A stretch of 64,000 nucleotides of DNA from Ignavibacteriota bacterium. GTDB lineage: Bacteria > Bacteroidota > Ignavibacteria > UBA10030 > UBA6906. This document shows positions 8,983 through 18,403 of the stretch, piece by piece. Numbering within the stretch: position 1 is the first letter of the stretch; each line of letters opens with the position of its first letter. The position numbers were made by a program, and so were the translations under genes. The notes beneath the pieces were generated by a model. It did no database searches. It was not told the origin of the DNA and worked only from the letters and a program-made list of their open reading frames with translations. The DNA lies in the NCBI GenBank assembly GCA_016707525.1, contig JADJHP010000003.1:76677-140676 (forward strand), given 5' to 3'.

Positions 8983-10255
8983 GTGATTCGTTCTTTGTCA
9001 GGCCGAACAATTCACGGAGCACTTTGATGCGCTGCAGCGTATCAGGCCCGTGGCTTCCGTTCTCCGCCCCTTGCTTCAGCGTCGTCAACGGTTGGTGCAG
9101 GATCTTGTTCACGATGCGTTTCGTGAGCATCTCCACCAGCTCGCGGTCCTCAGGCGTGAACCTGTTGATATTCTTGTGCACTTCCTCGGCACGGATCGCT
9201 TCGAGGGTGGTACGGAAATCCTGGATCGTGGGTGCGACCTGCAGCGACTTGTGCCACCGGAGGAACTCCGCCATCTCCTCGCGCACGATGCGCGTGACCG
9301 CGGGCATTTCCGCCGTCCGCTTCTGCAGGTTCCGGTCCACGATCGCGCTGAGCGCGTCGATGTCGTACAGGAACACGTTCTCGATGCGACGTGCGGCCGG
9401 GTCGACGTTGCGCGGCACGCCGATGTCAATGATGAAGAGCGGGTTGTTCCCGCGGCGGCGCATCACCTTCTGGACATCCTCCGGCCCGACGACGTAGGTC
9501 GGGCTGTTCACGGACGTGATGACGATGTCCGCGACGCGGAGCCCCTCCGCCATCTGCTCGTAGTCCACCACTTCGCCGCCGAGTTCGGCGACAAGCGCCT
9601 CGGCGCGGGCACGGGTCCTGTTAGCAACACGGACGGTCCCGATCCCCTTCCCTACCATGTGCTTCAGTGTCAGCTCGCCCGTCTCGCCGGCACCGATCAG
9701 CAGGACCGACTTCCGGGAGAGGTCGGCGAAGATCTTGCTGGCAAGTTCCACGGCCGCATAGCTCACCGACACCGCGCCCTCGCAGATCGACGTCTCGGTG
9801 CGGACCCGTTTCCCCACATGCAGGCTTGCCTGCATGAGCCGGTTCATCACGGGGCCCAGGGCGCCGGCATCGCGCGCGAGCTGGAACGCTTCCTTGACCT
9901 GATTCAGGATCTGGATATCGCCGATGACCATCGAATCGACGCCCGCCGCCACCTTGTAGAGGTGGTTCAGCACGGCACCGTCACGCCATGCGGTGAAATG
10001 CTCGGGGCGCACGGATCCATCGGCATGCTTGAGGTCGAGGAGCGTGGCGATCACATCGGTGTGATGGAGAGAGGCGTCGCGCGGGACACCATACAGCTCC
10101 GTGCGGTTGCAGGTGGAGACCAGCATGCACTCGTCAAAGAACCGTTCCTTCAACAGCGTCACAGCCTGCCGGGCTTCGTCGGTCGAGAGCCACATCCGTT
10201 CACGCACTTCCACCGCGGCGGTGTGGTGACTGATACCGATGGAAAAGAGATTCAT
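8972..10255 (-). CDS. hemA: Glutamyl-tRNA reductase
   Basis: MNLFSIGISHHTAAVEVRERM..., the active-site region VSTCNRTELYGV, and an NADP-binding Rossmann segment LLIGAGETG. Confidence 0.9.
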   Translation of the reverse strand: MNLFSIGISHHTAAVEVRERMWLSTDEARQAVTLLKERFFDECMLVSTCNRTELYGVPRDASLHHTDVIATLLDLKHADGSVRPEHFTAWRDGAVLNHLYKVAAGVDSMVIGDIQILNQVKEAFQLARDAGALGPVMNRLMQASLHVGKRVRTETSICEGAVSVSYAAVELASKIFADLSRKSVLLIGAGETGELTLKHMVGKGIGTVRVANRTRARAEALVAELGGEVVDYEQMAEGLRVADIVITSVNSPTYVVGPEDVQKVMRRRGNNPLFIIDIGVPRNVDPAARRIENVFLYDIDALSAIVDRNLQKRTAEMPAVTRIVREEMAEFLRWHKSLQVAPTIQDFRTTLEAIRAEEVHKNINRFTPEDRELVEMLTKRIVNKILHQPLTTLKQGAENGSHGPDTLQRIKVLRELFGLTKNESHGD

Positions 10256-10273
10256 CCTACCCGCACGGCCCGT

Positions 10274-11104
10274 CTAGTGAAACGTGTGAAAGCTGCTGAG
10301 AAAGAGATTGATCACCATCATGGAGATGAACACGAACAGGAATCCGACCAGCGACACGATCATCGTCTTGCGCCCCTGCCACCCTCCGCGGCGCTTTGCC
10401 GTCAGGGCCAGGGCATACAGGCACCAGATCGCGATCGTACCGATGAGTTTCGGATCGAAATACGAGATATCCTTGAAGACGATCGGCAGCCAGACCACCC
10501 CGACAAGGATGGCGATGGTCAGCATCACGAACCCGAAAGCCTCCGAACGGTGGCTCATCGTCTCCAGGGTCTCCAGGTTCGGGAGCCGGCTGTAGACGAT
10601 GCCGAAACGGCTGGACTTGATCTCGTGATACAGCATCAGATACAACAGGCCGTAGACCGCGGAGATGGAGAGTGCGGTGTACCCGAGGATCGCTGCGGAC
10701 ACATGGAAGCCGAGCAGCCGGCTGTGCAGGTAGTCCGGGATCACCAGGAGGTCCCGGATGAACAACGACGAGATCGTCTGGAAGATGAACGCCAGCGTCA
10801 GGACGAACAACCCTGTATTGTGCACCCGCGTACGGAATTCGAGGTACAGGTACGCACCGCCGATGGAGGCGGCGAGCAGCGTCATGATCTCGAACAAGGA
10901 CGTGATCGGCGGATGGTCGAAGAGCACCGTCCTCGCACCCAGGAACACCAGGTGGAGGACGATGATCACGATCAGCGCCGGATGCTTGATCCTCTCAAGC
11001 ACGGGTGCACTCCTGAAGAACGTGATGCCATACACGGCCACGAGTGCAGCGTACAGCACCGGCAGGAGCACCTGCAGGGCATCAACGATAAGGCGGACAT
11101 CCAT
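10274..11104 (-). CDS. hemX: Cytochrome c assembly (CcsA-like) membrane protein, HemX-like, positioned before hemA
   Basis: Polytopic membrane protein of 276 aa, resembling the hemX position in Bacillus-type hemAXCDBL operons. Confidence 0.65.
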   Translation of the reverse strand: MDVRLIVDALQVLLPVLYAALVAVYGITFFRSAPVLERIKHPALIVIIVLHLVFLGARTVLFDHPPITSLFEIMTLLAASIGGAYLYLEFRTRVHNTGLFVLTLAFIFQTISSLFIRDLLVIPDYLHSRLLGFHVSAAILGYTALSISAVYGLLYLMLYHEIKSSRFGIVYSRLPNLETLETMSHRSEAFGFVMLTIAILVGVVWLPIVFKDISYFDPKLIGTIAIWCLYALALTAKRRGGWQGRKTMIVSLVGFLFVFISMMVINLFLSSFHTFH

Positions 11105-11153
11105 AGTATTTAAATATACGTATTTGGCGATTGAAAATGAAACCGCGGACCGG

Positions 11154-13046
11154 TCACTCTTCCAGCGTCGTGAGGTCCTTCGGATCCTGCCCGAGTGCCC
11201 TCGCCTTCAACACGCGGCGCATGATCTTCCCGCTCCGCGTCTTCGGCAGCACATCCATGAACTGAATGCTGTCCGGCTTGGCGATGGGGCCCATCTCGTG
11301 CGCCACATGTGCACGCAACTCATCGATCAGCTTGTCCGTCTTCTCGATGCCGGACTTCACCGTGACGTACGTATGGATGGCATTCCCCTTCACCTCATGG
11401 GGGAGCCCGATCGCTGCGGCTTCGGCGACGGCCGGATGGCTCACGAGCGCGCTCTCGATCTCGGCGGTGCCCAGGCGGTACCCCGATACCTTGATCACAT
11501 CGTCCACACGGCCGATCACCCAGTAGTATCCGTCCTCGTCACGGCGCGCGGAGTCGCCCGTCATGTACACGCCGGGGAACTTGGTCCAGTATTGCGCTTT
11601 GTACCGTTCGGGGTCCTTGTAGATCGTCCGCATCATGGCCGGCCACGGGGTCTTGATGATCAGGAACCCCTCCTCATTCGCACCGACCGGGGTCCCCTCT
11701 TCATTCACGATATCCATCTTCACCCCGGGGAACGGGCGCGTGCCTGAACCAGGCTTCAGCGCCACAGACGGCATCGGCGTGATCATGAACATCCCGGTCT
11801 CCGTCTGCCACCAGGTATCCATGATCGGACATTTCCCCTTGCCGATCACCCGGTGGTACCATTTCCACGCTTCGGGGTTGATGGGTTCACCGACGGAGCC
11901 CAGCAGGCGGAGCGACGACAGGTCGTGCCGGTTCGGCCAGTTCTCTCCGAATCGCATGAGTCCGCGGATCGCCGTGGGCGCCGTATACAGGATGTTGATC
12001 CCGTACTTCTCCACCATCGACCACCACCTGTTCGGATACGGATAGGTGGGTGCTCCTTCATACATGAAGGACGTGGTGCCGTTCAGCAGCGGGCCATACA
12101 CGATGTAGCTGTGGCCCGTGATCCATCCCGGATCCGCGGCACACCAATACCTGTCCTCCTCATGGATATCGAAGACGTACTTGAGAGTGGTGTATGTCCC
12201 CACCATGTACCCGCCATGCGTGTGGAGGATCGCCTTGGGTTTGCCGGTGGTGCCTGACGTGTACAACATGAACAGCGGGTCTTCGGCGTCCATCACTTCG
12301 ATATGGCAACCGCCGCCGGCGATCGGGAGCGCCATCAACTCGTGATACCACATGTCGCGCCCGGATTCCATGTTCACCGGCTCACCGGTGCGCTTCACCA
12401 CGAGCACGCTTTCCACCGTTGCCGCACGCTGGAGTGCTTCATCGGCGATCGCCTTCAGTGGCACGACCTTGCCGCGCTGGTAGGACCCGTCCGACACGAT
12501 CAGCACCTTGGACTGGCTGTCCTCGAGGCGCTCGTGGAGCGCTTCCACCGTGAACCCGCCATACACCACCGAGTGGATCGCCCCGATACGCGCACATGCC
12601 AGCATACCGATCACGAGTTCCGGGATGCGGCCCATGTACAGCGTGACACGGTCGCCCTTCTGCACGCCCAGGCTCCGCAGCACGTTCGCAAAGCGGCAGG
12701 TGTCGCGACGGAGCGCGAAGTAGCTGAACGACTTGAAATCGCCGTTCTCTCCTTCCCACATGAGTGCCAGTTTGTTGCGCCGGGCTGTTTCGGTGTGGCG
12801 ATCGAGACAGTTGTAGACGATGTTCGTCTTGCCACCCGTGAACCATTTGTAGAACGGCGGATTGGTGTCGTCGAGCACCCTGTCCCAGTGTTCGAACCAG
12901 TGCAGTTCATTCGCCTCCTTCGCCCAGAAGCCTTCGAGATCGCGCTCGGCGTCGGCCGCGAGCTTGTTCCAGTCAGGGACATGCGCGTGGCGGACCACGT
13001 CAGCGGATGGATAGAACACTTCACCGGACATGTGTGTGTCTGGCAT
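11154..13046 (-). CDS. acs: Acetyl-CoA synthetase (acetate--CoA ligase)
   Basis: Acs N-terminal region YKWFTGGKTNIVYNCLDRH and the AMP-binding motif YTSGTTGKPKA are present. The alternative start MSGEVFYP lies 5 codons in. Confidence 0.9.
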   Translation of the reverse strand: MPDTHMSGEVFYPSADVVRHAHVPDWNKLAADAERDLEGFWAKEANELHWFEHWDRVLDDTNPPFYKWFTGGKTNIVYNCLDRHTETARRNKLALMWEGENGDFKSFSYFALRRDTCRFANVLRSLGVQKGDRVTLYMGRIPELVIGMLACARIGAIHSVVYGGFTVEALHERLEDSQSKVLIVSDGSYQRGKVVPLKAIADEALQRAATVESVLVVKRTGEPVNMESGRDMWYHELMALPIAGGGCHIEVMDAEDPLFMLYTSGTTGKPKAILHTHGGYMVGTYTTLKYVFDIHEEDRYWCAADPGWITGHSYIVYGPLLNGTTSFMYEGAPTYPYPNRWWSMVEKYGINILYTAPTAIRGLMRFGENWPNRHDLSSLRLLGSVGEPINPEAWKWYHRVIGKGKCPIMDTWWQTETGMFMITPMPSVALKPGSGTRPFPGVKMDIVNEEGTPVGANEEGFLIIKTPWPAMMRTIYKDPERYKAQYWTKFPGVYMTGDSARRDEDGYYWVIGRVDDVIKVSGYRLGTAEIESALVSHPAVAEAAAIGLPHEVKGNAIHTYVTVKSGIEKTDKLIDELRAHVAHEMGPIAKPDSIQFMDVLPKTRSGKIMRRVLKARALGQDPKDLTTLEE

Positions 13047-13079
13047 GACGCTCTCCTGGGTGGTTGGGTTGAGTGATCG

Positions 13080-14654
13080 TTACATGGAAAGGCTAAAACT
13101 GCCGGGTCCCCCGACCACGGTCAGCATCGGCTCGAACATCGCATTCGCTTCCTGGCACTCCACGACCACCTGCGCAAACCGCGTGAAGCGGCCGGCAGGG
13201 ACCTCGAAGGCGGCTTTCAGGATAGGCTTCCAGTCCTCGGATGACCCGCTGCCCAGGCCCACCATCGACTCGACCGTATGGGTGTCCGATGCACCGGCAA
13301 GCCGCTGCAGGATCGATTCCGCAAGTTTCTTTTCGCGATTGAGAAGGCGTTCCAGCGTCTTGATATCCGTCTTCCTGGTGGCCGCGGAGACGCGCGCCCG
13401 TTCGGAGTCGTGCCGCCCTCCCCGCGACGGCGATGTCTCTGCGGGAAGCATCCGCTGGACATGGGCATCGAGGACGAAGGCATGCACGCGCCACGTGCTG
13501 AGCGTGGAAAGCCCGACCAGGATCTCGAACAATGCATCGCGCCGGAGATCGACGCGGCGCAGAAGATCGTTCCGGCCGAACACCACGGTGCCCGGTTCAG
13601 CGGGAAGGACGAGTGACCGCAGCCGCAGCGTATTCACCAGGGATTCGTGAACGTTGCGGTGTCTGATGGATTCCTGCTTGCCCAGAAGCAACATGCCTGT
13701 CCTGCTCACACTTGCTTCCTGGTTCTTCAGCGTGCTGAGGAAGAACCTCATGCCGGCATGATCGAAGGCAAAGATCTCGCTGCCGCGCTCCACACCGTCG
13801 ACGCCGACGCCGAAGGCGTGCGGGGATGGCGTATCCTGCAGAGAGATCAACCCGGCCGCAAGAACGAAGGCGGTCTGCTCATCGAATGCAATGCGCACAC
13901 GCACTGACGGCGTATGCAGCGGCGATGGGGGATCGGGGACGTATGGCTCAGCCGGTGCGGGCGCAGGCGCAGGCTGATGCGGCGGAACGAACGGCGCCGG
14001 TGCTTCCACCGGAATTCGGGGCGCAGCAACCTGAGAAACCGCGGGCCGCTTCGGTTCGGGAACAGATGATGGTGGCACCGGTGGGGTGACCGGTACAGGC
14101 CGGGAGAGTTCAACCGGCGGATGCGGAACAGCTACAGGACGTGACGCCTCAACCGGTGGTTTCGGAACAGCGAGGGCGGAGGCCTCAACCGGCGGTTTCG
14201 GAAAGCGACGAGGACGTGACGCCTCAACCGGTGGTTTCGGAACGGCCACAGGCCGTACCTGTGGCGCCGCTGGATCGGAAGCCTCGATGCGCCGGGGTGT
14301 TGGAGCCACGACCGACGTGGGAGCGTCGGGGGTGACCTCCGGAACAGGCCGCGGAGCCGGCGGTGCAGAAGCAGGGACAGGAATTTCGGGAACCGGAAAA
14401 GGCTTCCGCAGCGGCTCCTCTTTCAGCGGGGGCGGAGGAGGTGTAGAAAACAGCGCGGGCTTCTGGTGGACCGGCGGAGGAGGCGGAGCGGCGCCTTCCG
14501 CGGCAAGTCGTTCCACTTCGCCGACCATCCTGCGGACGACCGCATCAGCTTCCTCTGCCGGCACCCCACCGAGGGATGTGCGGAGGGCAGAGCTCCTGGC
14601 AAGTGCTCCCAGGAGTTCACCGAGGAGTGCGGCACCCATGATGTCTTTCATCAC
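13080..14654 (-). CDS. Hypothetical proline-rich protein with tandem PKPPVEASRP-type repeats and a conserved C-terminal domain of unknown function
   Basis: A 524-aa ORF with a GTG/ATG start. The central section repeats PKPPVEASRPRRF / PKPPVEASALAV / PKPPVEASRPVAV / PHPPVELSRPVPV. The C-terminal 250 aa are non-repetitive. Confidence 0.5.
   Translation of the reverse strand: MMKDIMGAALLGELLGALARSSALRTSLGGVPAEEADAVVRRMVGEVERLAAEGAAPPPPPVHQKPALFSTPPPPPLKEEPLRKPFPVPEIPVPASAPPAPRPVPEVTPDAPTSVVAPTPRRIEASDPAAPQVRPVAVPKPPVEASRPRRFPKPPVEASALAVPKPPVEASRPVAVPHPPVELSRPVPVTPPVPPSSVPEPKRPAVSQVAAPRIPVEAPAPFVPPHQPAPAPAPAEPYVPDPPSPLHTPSVRVRIAFDEQTAFVLAAGLISLQDTPSPHAFGVGVDGVERGSEIFAFDHAGMRFFLSTLKNQEASVSRTGMLLLGKQESIRHRNVHESLVNTLRLRSLVLPAEPGTVVFGRNDLLRRVDLRRDALFEILVGLSTLSTWRVHAFVLDAHVQRMLPAETSPSRGGRHDSERARVSAATRKTDIKTLERLLNREKKLAESILQRLAGASDTHTVESMVGLGSGSSEDWKPILKAAFEVPAGRFTRFAQVVVECQEANAMFEPMLTVVGGPGSFSLSM
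14100..14290. repeat. Tandem ~36-39-nt coding repeats inside the proline-rich protein gene
   Basis: The unit cctcaaccgg(t/c)ggtttcggaa(c/a)ag recurs at least four times on the nucleotide level. Confidence 0.5.
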
Positions 14655-14807
14655 GCCCCTTCGTTCAGACCGGTGTATTTCATAGAACGCCTCTCAGACG
14701 AAGATACATATTGCGGGCGAAAACATCAAACTTGCGAGTGGTTTCAGGTTTTGGTACGTTAGTGAAACATTCCCTGACTCTTCTTCCTCCGAAAGAGCAT
14801 CTTACAA

Positions 14808-15431
14808 GTGACACAGCGATCTCCCCGGCTGTTGCCGGACGACGAGCTTATCGGGCTGGCCCGCGGGGGCGACGCGCGGGCATTCACGGAGCTCGTGAAG
14901 CGCTACGAGGACACGGTGTATCGGTTCTCGTACAAGATCTGCCGGGACAGCGAGGCGGCATCGGAGACCCTTCAGGACACGTTCATCAATGTGTACCGCA
15001 AATTGAACAGTTTTGACGGGAAATCCAAGTTCTCGACCTGGCTGTACACGATCGTGACCAATAATTGTCTGATGAAGCGCCGGAAGCGGAAGAGCGATCT
15101 GATGGAAGAGTCCCTCGAGGCCTACGATCATCCCCCCGGCCAGTCCGGCGGCACGCCACGGCAGAAACCGGTACACACACCGGAGACGCCGGCGGATGTC
15201 GTGATCGGGCGTGAACTCAAGACCTTGCTCGAAGATGCCATGGCAAAGCTTCCTGAAGAATATCGTGTGGTCTTCACCATGCGGGATGTCGAGGGGCGAT
15301 CCACGGAGGAAACCGCCGGGGTGCTCGGACTGTCGGTGGAAGCCACCAAGTCGCGCCTTCGCCGTGCACGGGCGTTCCTCCGCGACCAACTGCAGCCACA
15401 CCTGACGGCACATCCGGAGATCCTGACATGA
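14808..15431 (+). CDS. RNA polymerase ECF-type sigma factor (sigma-70 family, group 4)
   Basis: LIGLARGGDARAFTELVKRYEDTVYRF matches region 2, and a C-terminal region 4 HTH is present. Its stop overlaps the next start (ATGA). Confidence 0.85.
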   Translation: MTQRSPRLLPDDELIGLARGGDARAFTELVKRYEDTVYRFSYKICRDSEAASETLQDTFINVYRKLNSFDGKSKFSTWLYTIVTNNCLMKRRKRKSDLMEESLEAYDHPPGQSGGTPRQKPVHTPETPADVVIGRELKTLLEDAMAKLPEEYRVVFTMRDVEGRSTEETAGVLGLSVEATKSRLRRARAFLRDQLQPHLTAHPEILT

Positions 15432-15703
15432 AGTGCGGGGACGTGTATCTCCATATATGTGACCACCTCGACGAGGACATCAATTCCGAGCGTTGCCGCC
15501 AGATCAAGCAGCACCTTGCAGAATGCCCGAATTGCAGCGAATACCTGAGCTCGCTCAAGCAAACGATCACGTTGTACCGTGCCCTCCCCCCTCCGCGCAT
15601 TCCGGCAGGAGCGCATCGCGACCTGTTCAAGACGATCTCATCGCTTACGGCAGAAGCGGCACCGGGGGCATCAAAACGCGGACGGAAAGCGAAGCGGGCC
15701 TGA
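15428..15703 (+). CDS. Putative zinc-binding anti-sigma factor (ZAS-like: HxxxC...CxxC)
   Basis: MKCGDVYLHICDHLDEDINSERCRQIKQHLAECPNCSEYL, 91 aa, translationally coupled to the ECF sigma gene. Confidence 0.6.
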   Translation: MKCGDVYLHICDHLDEDINSERCRQIKQHLAECPNCSEYLSSLKQTITLYRALPPPRIPAGAHRDLFKTISSLTAEAAPGASKRGRKAKRA

Positions 15704-15778
15704 CCCTTCCGGCCCCCACCGTGCATCCTATGGACACAATTCGGGGGTCCCGTCCACACAGTACAGGAGTTTGATCGC

Positions 15779-15991
15779 ATGACAAAGAACGTAGGTCCGG
15801 CTGACCGGATCGTCCGCACCCTGCTCGCCATCGTCCTTGGCATTTTGATCTTCACCGGCGAAGTGACCGGCACGCTTGCTATCGTCCTCGGTGTCCTGGC
15901 TGTCGTTCTGCTCGCGACAAGCGCCGTGAGTTTCTGCCCGCTGTACACCATCGGGAAGATCTCCACCGCAAAGGACGGGGCGAAGAAGTAA
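15779..15991 (+). CDS. DUF2892 (YgaP-like) small membrane protein
   Basis: RIVRTLLAIVLGIL...SAVSFCPLYTIGKIST is the DUF2892 signature, with its conserved Cys in the FCPLY motif. Confidence 0.7.
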   Translation: MTKNVGPADRIVRTLLAIVLGILIFTGEVTGTLAIVLGVLAVVLLATSAVSFCPLYTIGKISTAKDGAKK

Positions 15992-16224
15992 TGGGTCCGT
16001 CGTCCGGGAGTCCGATCTCCGGTTCGATGCAGGTCGAGGAGTTGTTGGAACGATATCCGATGGCAACGGGACTTCTGCTACAGCACGGGGTCCCCTGTCT
16101 CGTGTGCGGTGAACCGGTGTGGGGCACGCTCGGCGAGGTTCTGGGAAGCCATGGCAAGAAGCCGGAGGAGGCCGCCGCGATCGTGCAGGAACTCAAGAAG
16201 GAGCTGGAGGTGAAACCCCTATGA
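15991..16224 (+). CDS. DUF1858 domain protein (disulfide oxidoreductase-like, CxxC)
   Basis: VEELLERYPMATGLLLQHGVPCLVCGEP. Its start overlaps the previous stop (TAATG). Confidence 0.65.
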   Translation: MGPSSGSPISGSMQVEELLERYPMATGLLLQHGVPCLVCGEPVWGTLGEVLGSHGKKPEEAAAIVQELKKELEVKPL

Positions 16225-16403
16225 TGCGTAGCATATGGTTCAAACGCGCGGCTGCGGTGCTGCTTGGCAGTGCCGGCGGCTTCGCGTACTATTATTTCAT
16301 CGGGTGTGCGAGCGGAACATGTCCGATAACGTCCAGCCCGTACATCAGCACGGGATACGGGGCGTTGATCGGCGTGATACTCACAACAGGACGGAAGTCA
16401 TGA
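16221..16403 (+). CDS. Small 60-aa membrane protein with a GCASGTCP cysteine motif
   Basis: MMRSIWFKRAAAVLLGSAGGFAYYYFIGCASGTCPITSSPYISTGYGALIGVILTTGRKS. GGAGG sits upstream, and its stop overlaps the next ATG (ATGA). Confidence 0.5.
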   Translation: MMRSIWFKRAAAVLLGSAGGFAYYYFIGCASGTCPITSSPYISTGYGALIGVILTTGRKS

Positions 16404-16789
16404 CGACCATCGGGGTGGTGCTCGGGATCTTCGCCTCGCTGCTGATCATACTGCAGCTCGTGATCGTGATCAATGCGAAGAAACGGAGAGGGCGCCGTAT
16501 CCTCGGCGTGGGTGGGCCACTCGGTGAGGCGGTCAATTCGGGCGACCGCGTTCTTGCCTATTTCTACTCTCCGACCTGCTCGGAGTGCAAGACCCAGACG
16601 CCGATCATCGACATCCTTCAGCGCGAATACCCCAATGTGTACAAGGTCGACGTTGCGGAGCATTTCGAAGCCGCGCGGGCATTCGGTGTGATGGCGACGC
16701 CGACGACCGTCCTCGTTGACCAGAGCAAGATCGTCGACGTCTTCGTCGGCACCCGCAGTGAAGCGGTCCTCCGGGAAGCACTGCTGTAA
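16400..16789 (+). CDS. Membrane-anchored thioredoxin-family protein (N-terminal TM helix, CxxC active site)
   Basis: N-terminal TM helix MTTIGVVLGIFASLLIILQLVIVI, then AYFYSPTCSECK (Trx-type CxxC) and a Trx fold (VMATPTTVLVD). Confidence 0.7.
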   Translation: MTTIGVVLGIFASLLIILQLVIVINAKKRRGRRILGVGGPLGEAVNSGDRVLAYFYSPTCSECKTQTPIIDILQREYPNVYKVDVAEHFEAARAFGVMATPTTVLVDQSKIVDVFVGTRSEAVLREALL

Positions 16790-16801
16790 CACTCTCCTGT
16801 C

Positions 16802-18320
16802 TCAGGTGGCGGAGCCGGACAACCGGCTCTTCCTCCATCCGAAGACGGCATACACCACGAGTCCGGCGGCAAGCCACGTACCGAAACGGATCCACGTGAT
16901 CTCCGGCAATCCCATCATCAGGTAGATGCAGCTCGCGATCCCGAGGATCGGGACCAGAGGCACCAGCGGCGTGCGGAAATGCACGTTTCCGGTGGGGGTC
17001 CTTGACGCGGAGCACGATCACACCGGCACACACGAGCATGAATGCGAACAGCGTCCCGATGTTCGTCAACTCAACGATCTCATTGATGTTCGCCACCGCG
17101 GAAACGACCGCAACCCCAACACCGGTCCAGAACGTCGTGATGTGCGGCGTCTTGTATTTCGGGTGCACGCGGGAGAAGTACGCCGGCAATAATCCATCGC
17201 GCGACATCGCAAAGAAAATGCGGGGCTGGCCGTACTGGAAGACCAGAAGGACCGCGGTCATGGAGACCACGGCGCCTACGGCAACGATCCCCGCGGAGAC
17301 ATCGGAGTGGACATACGCGAATGCCGCCGCCAGCGGGTCCGCGACGCCCAGGTGCTGCCACGGCACCATCCCGGTGAGCACGAGCGCCACCACGATATAG
17401 ATCACCGTACAGACCGCCAGTGATCCGATGATGCCGATCGGCAGATCGCGTTCCGGGTGTTTGCATTCCTCCGCGGCGGTCGAGATCGCATCGAACCCGA
17501 TGTAGGCGAAGAAGATGAGCGAGGCGCCGACCCACACGCCGGAGAACCCATTGGGCATGAACGGCGACCAGTTCTCGGGTTTCACGAATTGTGCGCCGGC
17601 ATAGACGAAGAACATCAGGATGACGAGCTTCACGATCACCATGACGTTGTTGACCCGTACGGACTCCTTGACGCCGATGATGAGCAGCCAGGTGATGACC
17701 GCCACGATGCCAACGGCAAGGGCATTGAAGATGATGGGGATGCCGAGGAAGGTGGGGTGTGCACGCCAGGCTTCGAGCGGCAGAAGGAGCGAAGCATCCA
17801 CCTGTCCACCCGCTTTCAGGGCCGCCTCGGCCGCCTGGGCAGCGGATCGATAGTCCACCGCCAGCCAGGCCGGGATGTGCCATCCGATCCCCTCGCAGAG
17901 CTGATGGAAGTAGGCGGCCCAGGCGATGGCGACCGCGACATTCCCTACCGCATATTCGATGATCAGGTCCCACCCGATGATCCACGCAACAAGCTCACCC
18001 AGCGTCGCATAGGAATACGTGTACGCGCTTCCCGAGATCGGCACGAGCGACGCGAATTCCGCGTAGCAGAGCCCGCAGAACGCGCACGCGACCGCCGTCA
18101 GTCCGAACGAGAGGACGATCGCCGGGCCGGCACCGGGGCGCATCGCATCACCCGCCACAGCGGTCCCGATGGTGGCGAAGATGCCTGATCCGATGATCGC
18201 GCCGATACCGAGCATGACGATGTCGAATGGCCCGAGCGCCCTCTTGAGCTGATGCTCGGGGTTCTCCGCCTCGCGCATGATCGCATCAAGGCTCTTCGTG
18301 CGGAACAATTGACGGAACAT
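16802..18320 (-). CDS. Amino acid permease (APC superfamily) with a +1 frameshift near 16985-16995; the ORF track reports it as 16605..18320 plus 16802..16984
   Basis: The N-terminal two-thirds are a clear APC permease. The expected C-terminus ...RKRAF-RTPLVPLVPILGIASCIYLM... is split between two frames at cgtgcatttccgcacg, which implies one extra T in a TTT run. Confidence 0.75.
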
Positions 18321-18403
18321 GTTCCCTCTGGATGGTGCAGGTGAGAACAGCGGAACCCCGCAGGCACCGGGGTGTACGGCGCGCTGCGTGGGCCACGAAC
18401 GGA

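Noticed and set aside
13080-14654. A gas-vesicle GvpL/GvpF assignment for the proline-rich protein
   Set aside because: Only a faint motif-level resemblance, and no other gvp genes in the neighbourhood.
16605-16801. The 3' tail of the 571-aa ORF (16605..18320), which looks like an extended permease C-terminus
   Set aside because: The sequence after the frameshift is Arg/Cys-rich nonsense. The genuine permease C-terminus is in the 16802..16984 frame. The real downstream gene on the + strand (thioredoxin, ending 16789) occupies this space.
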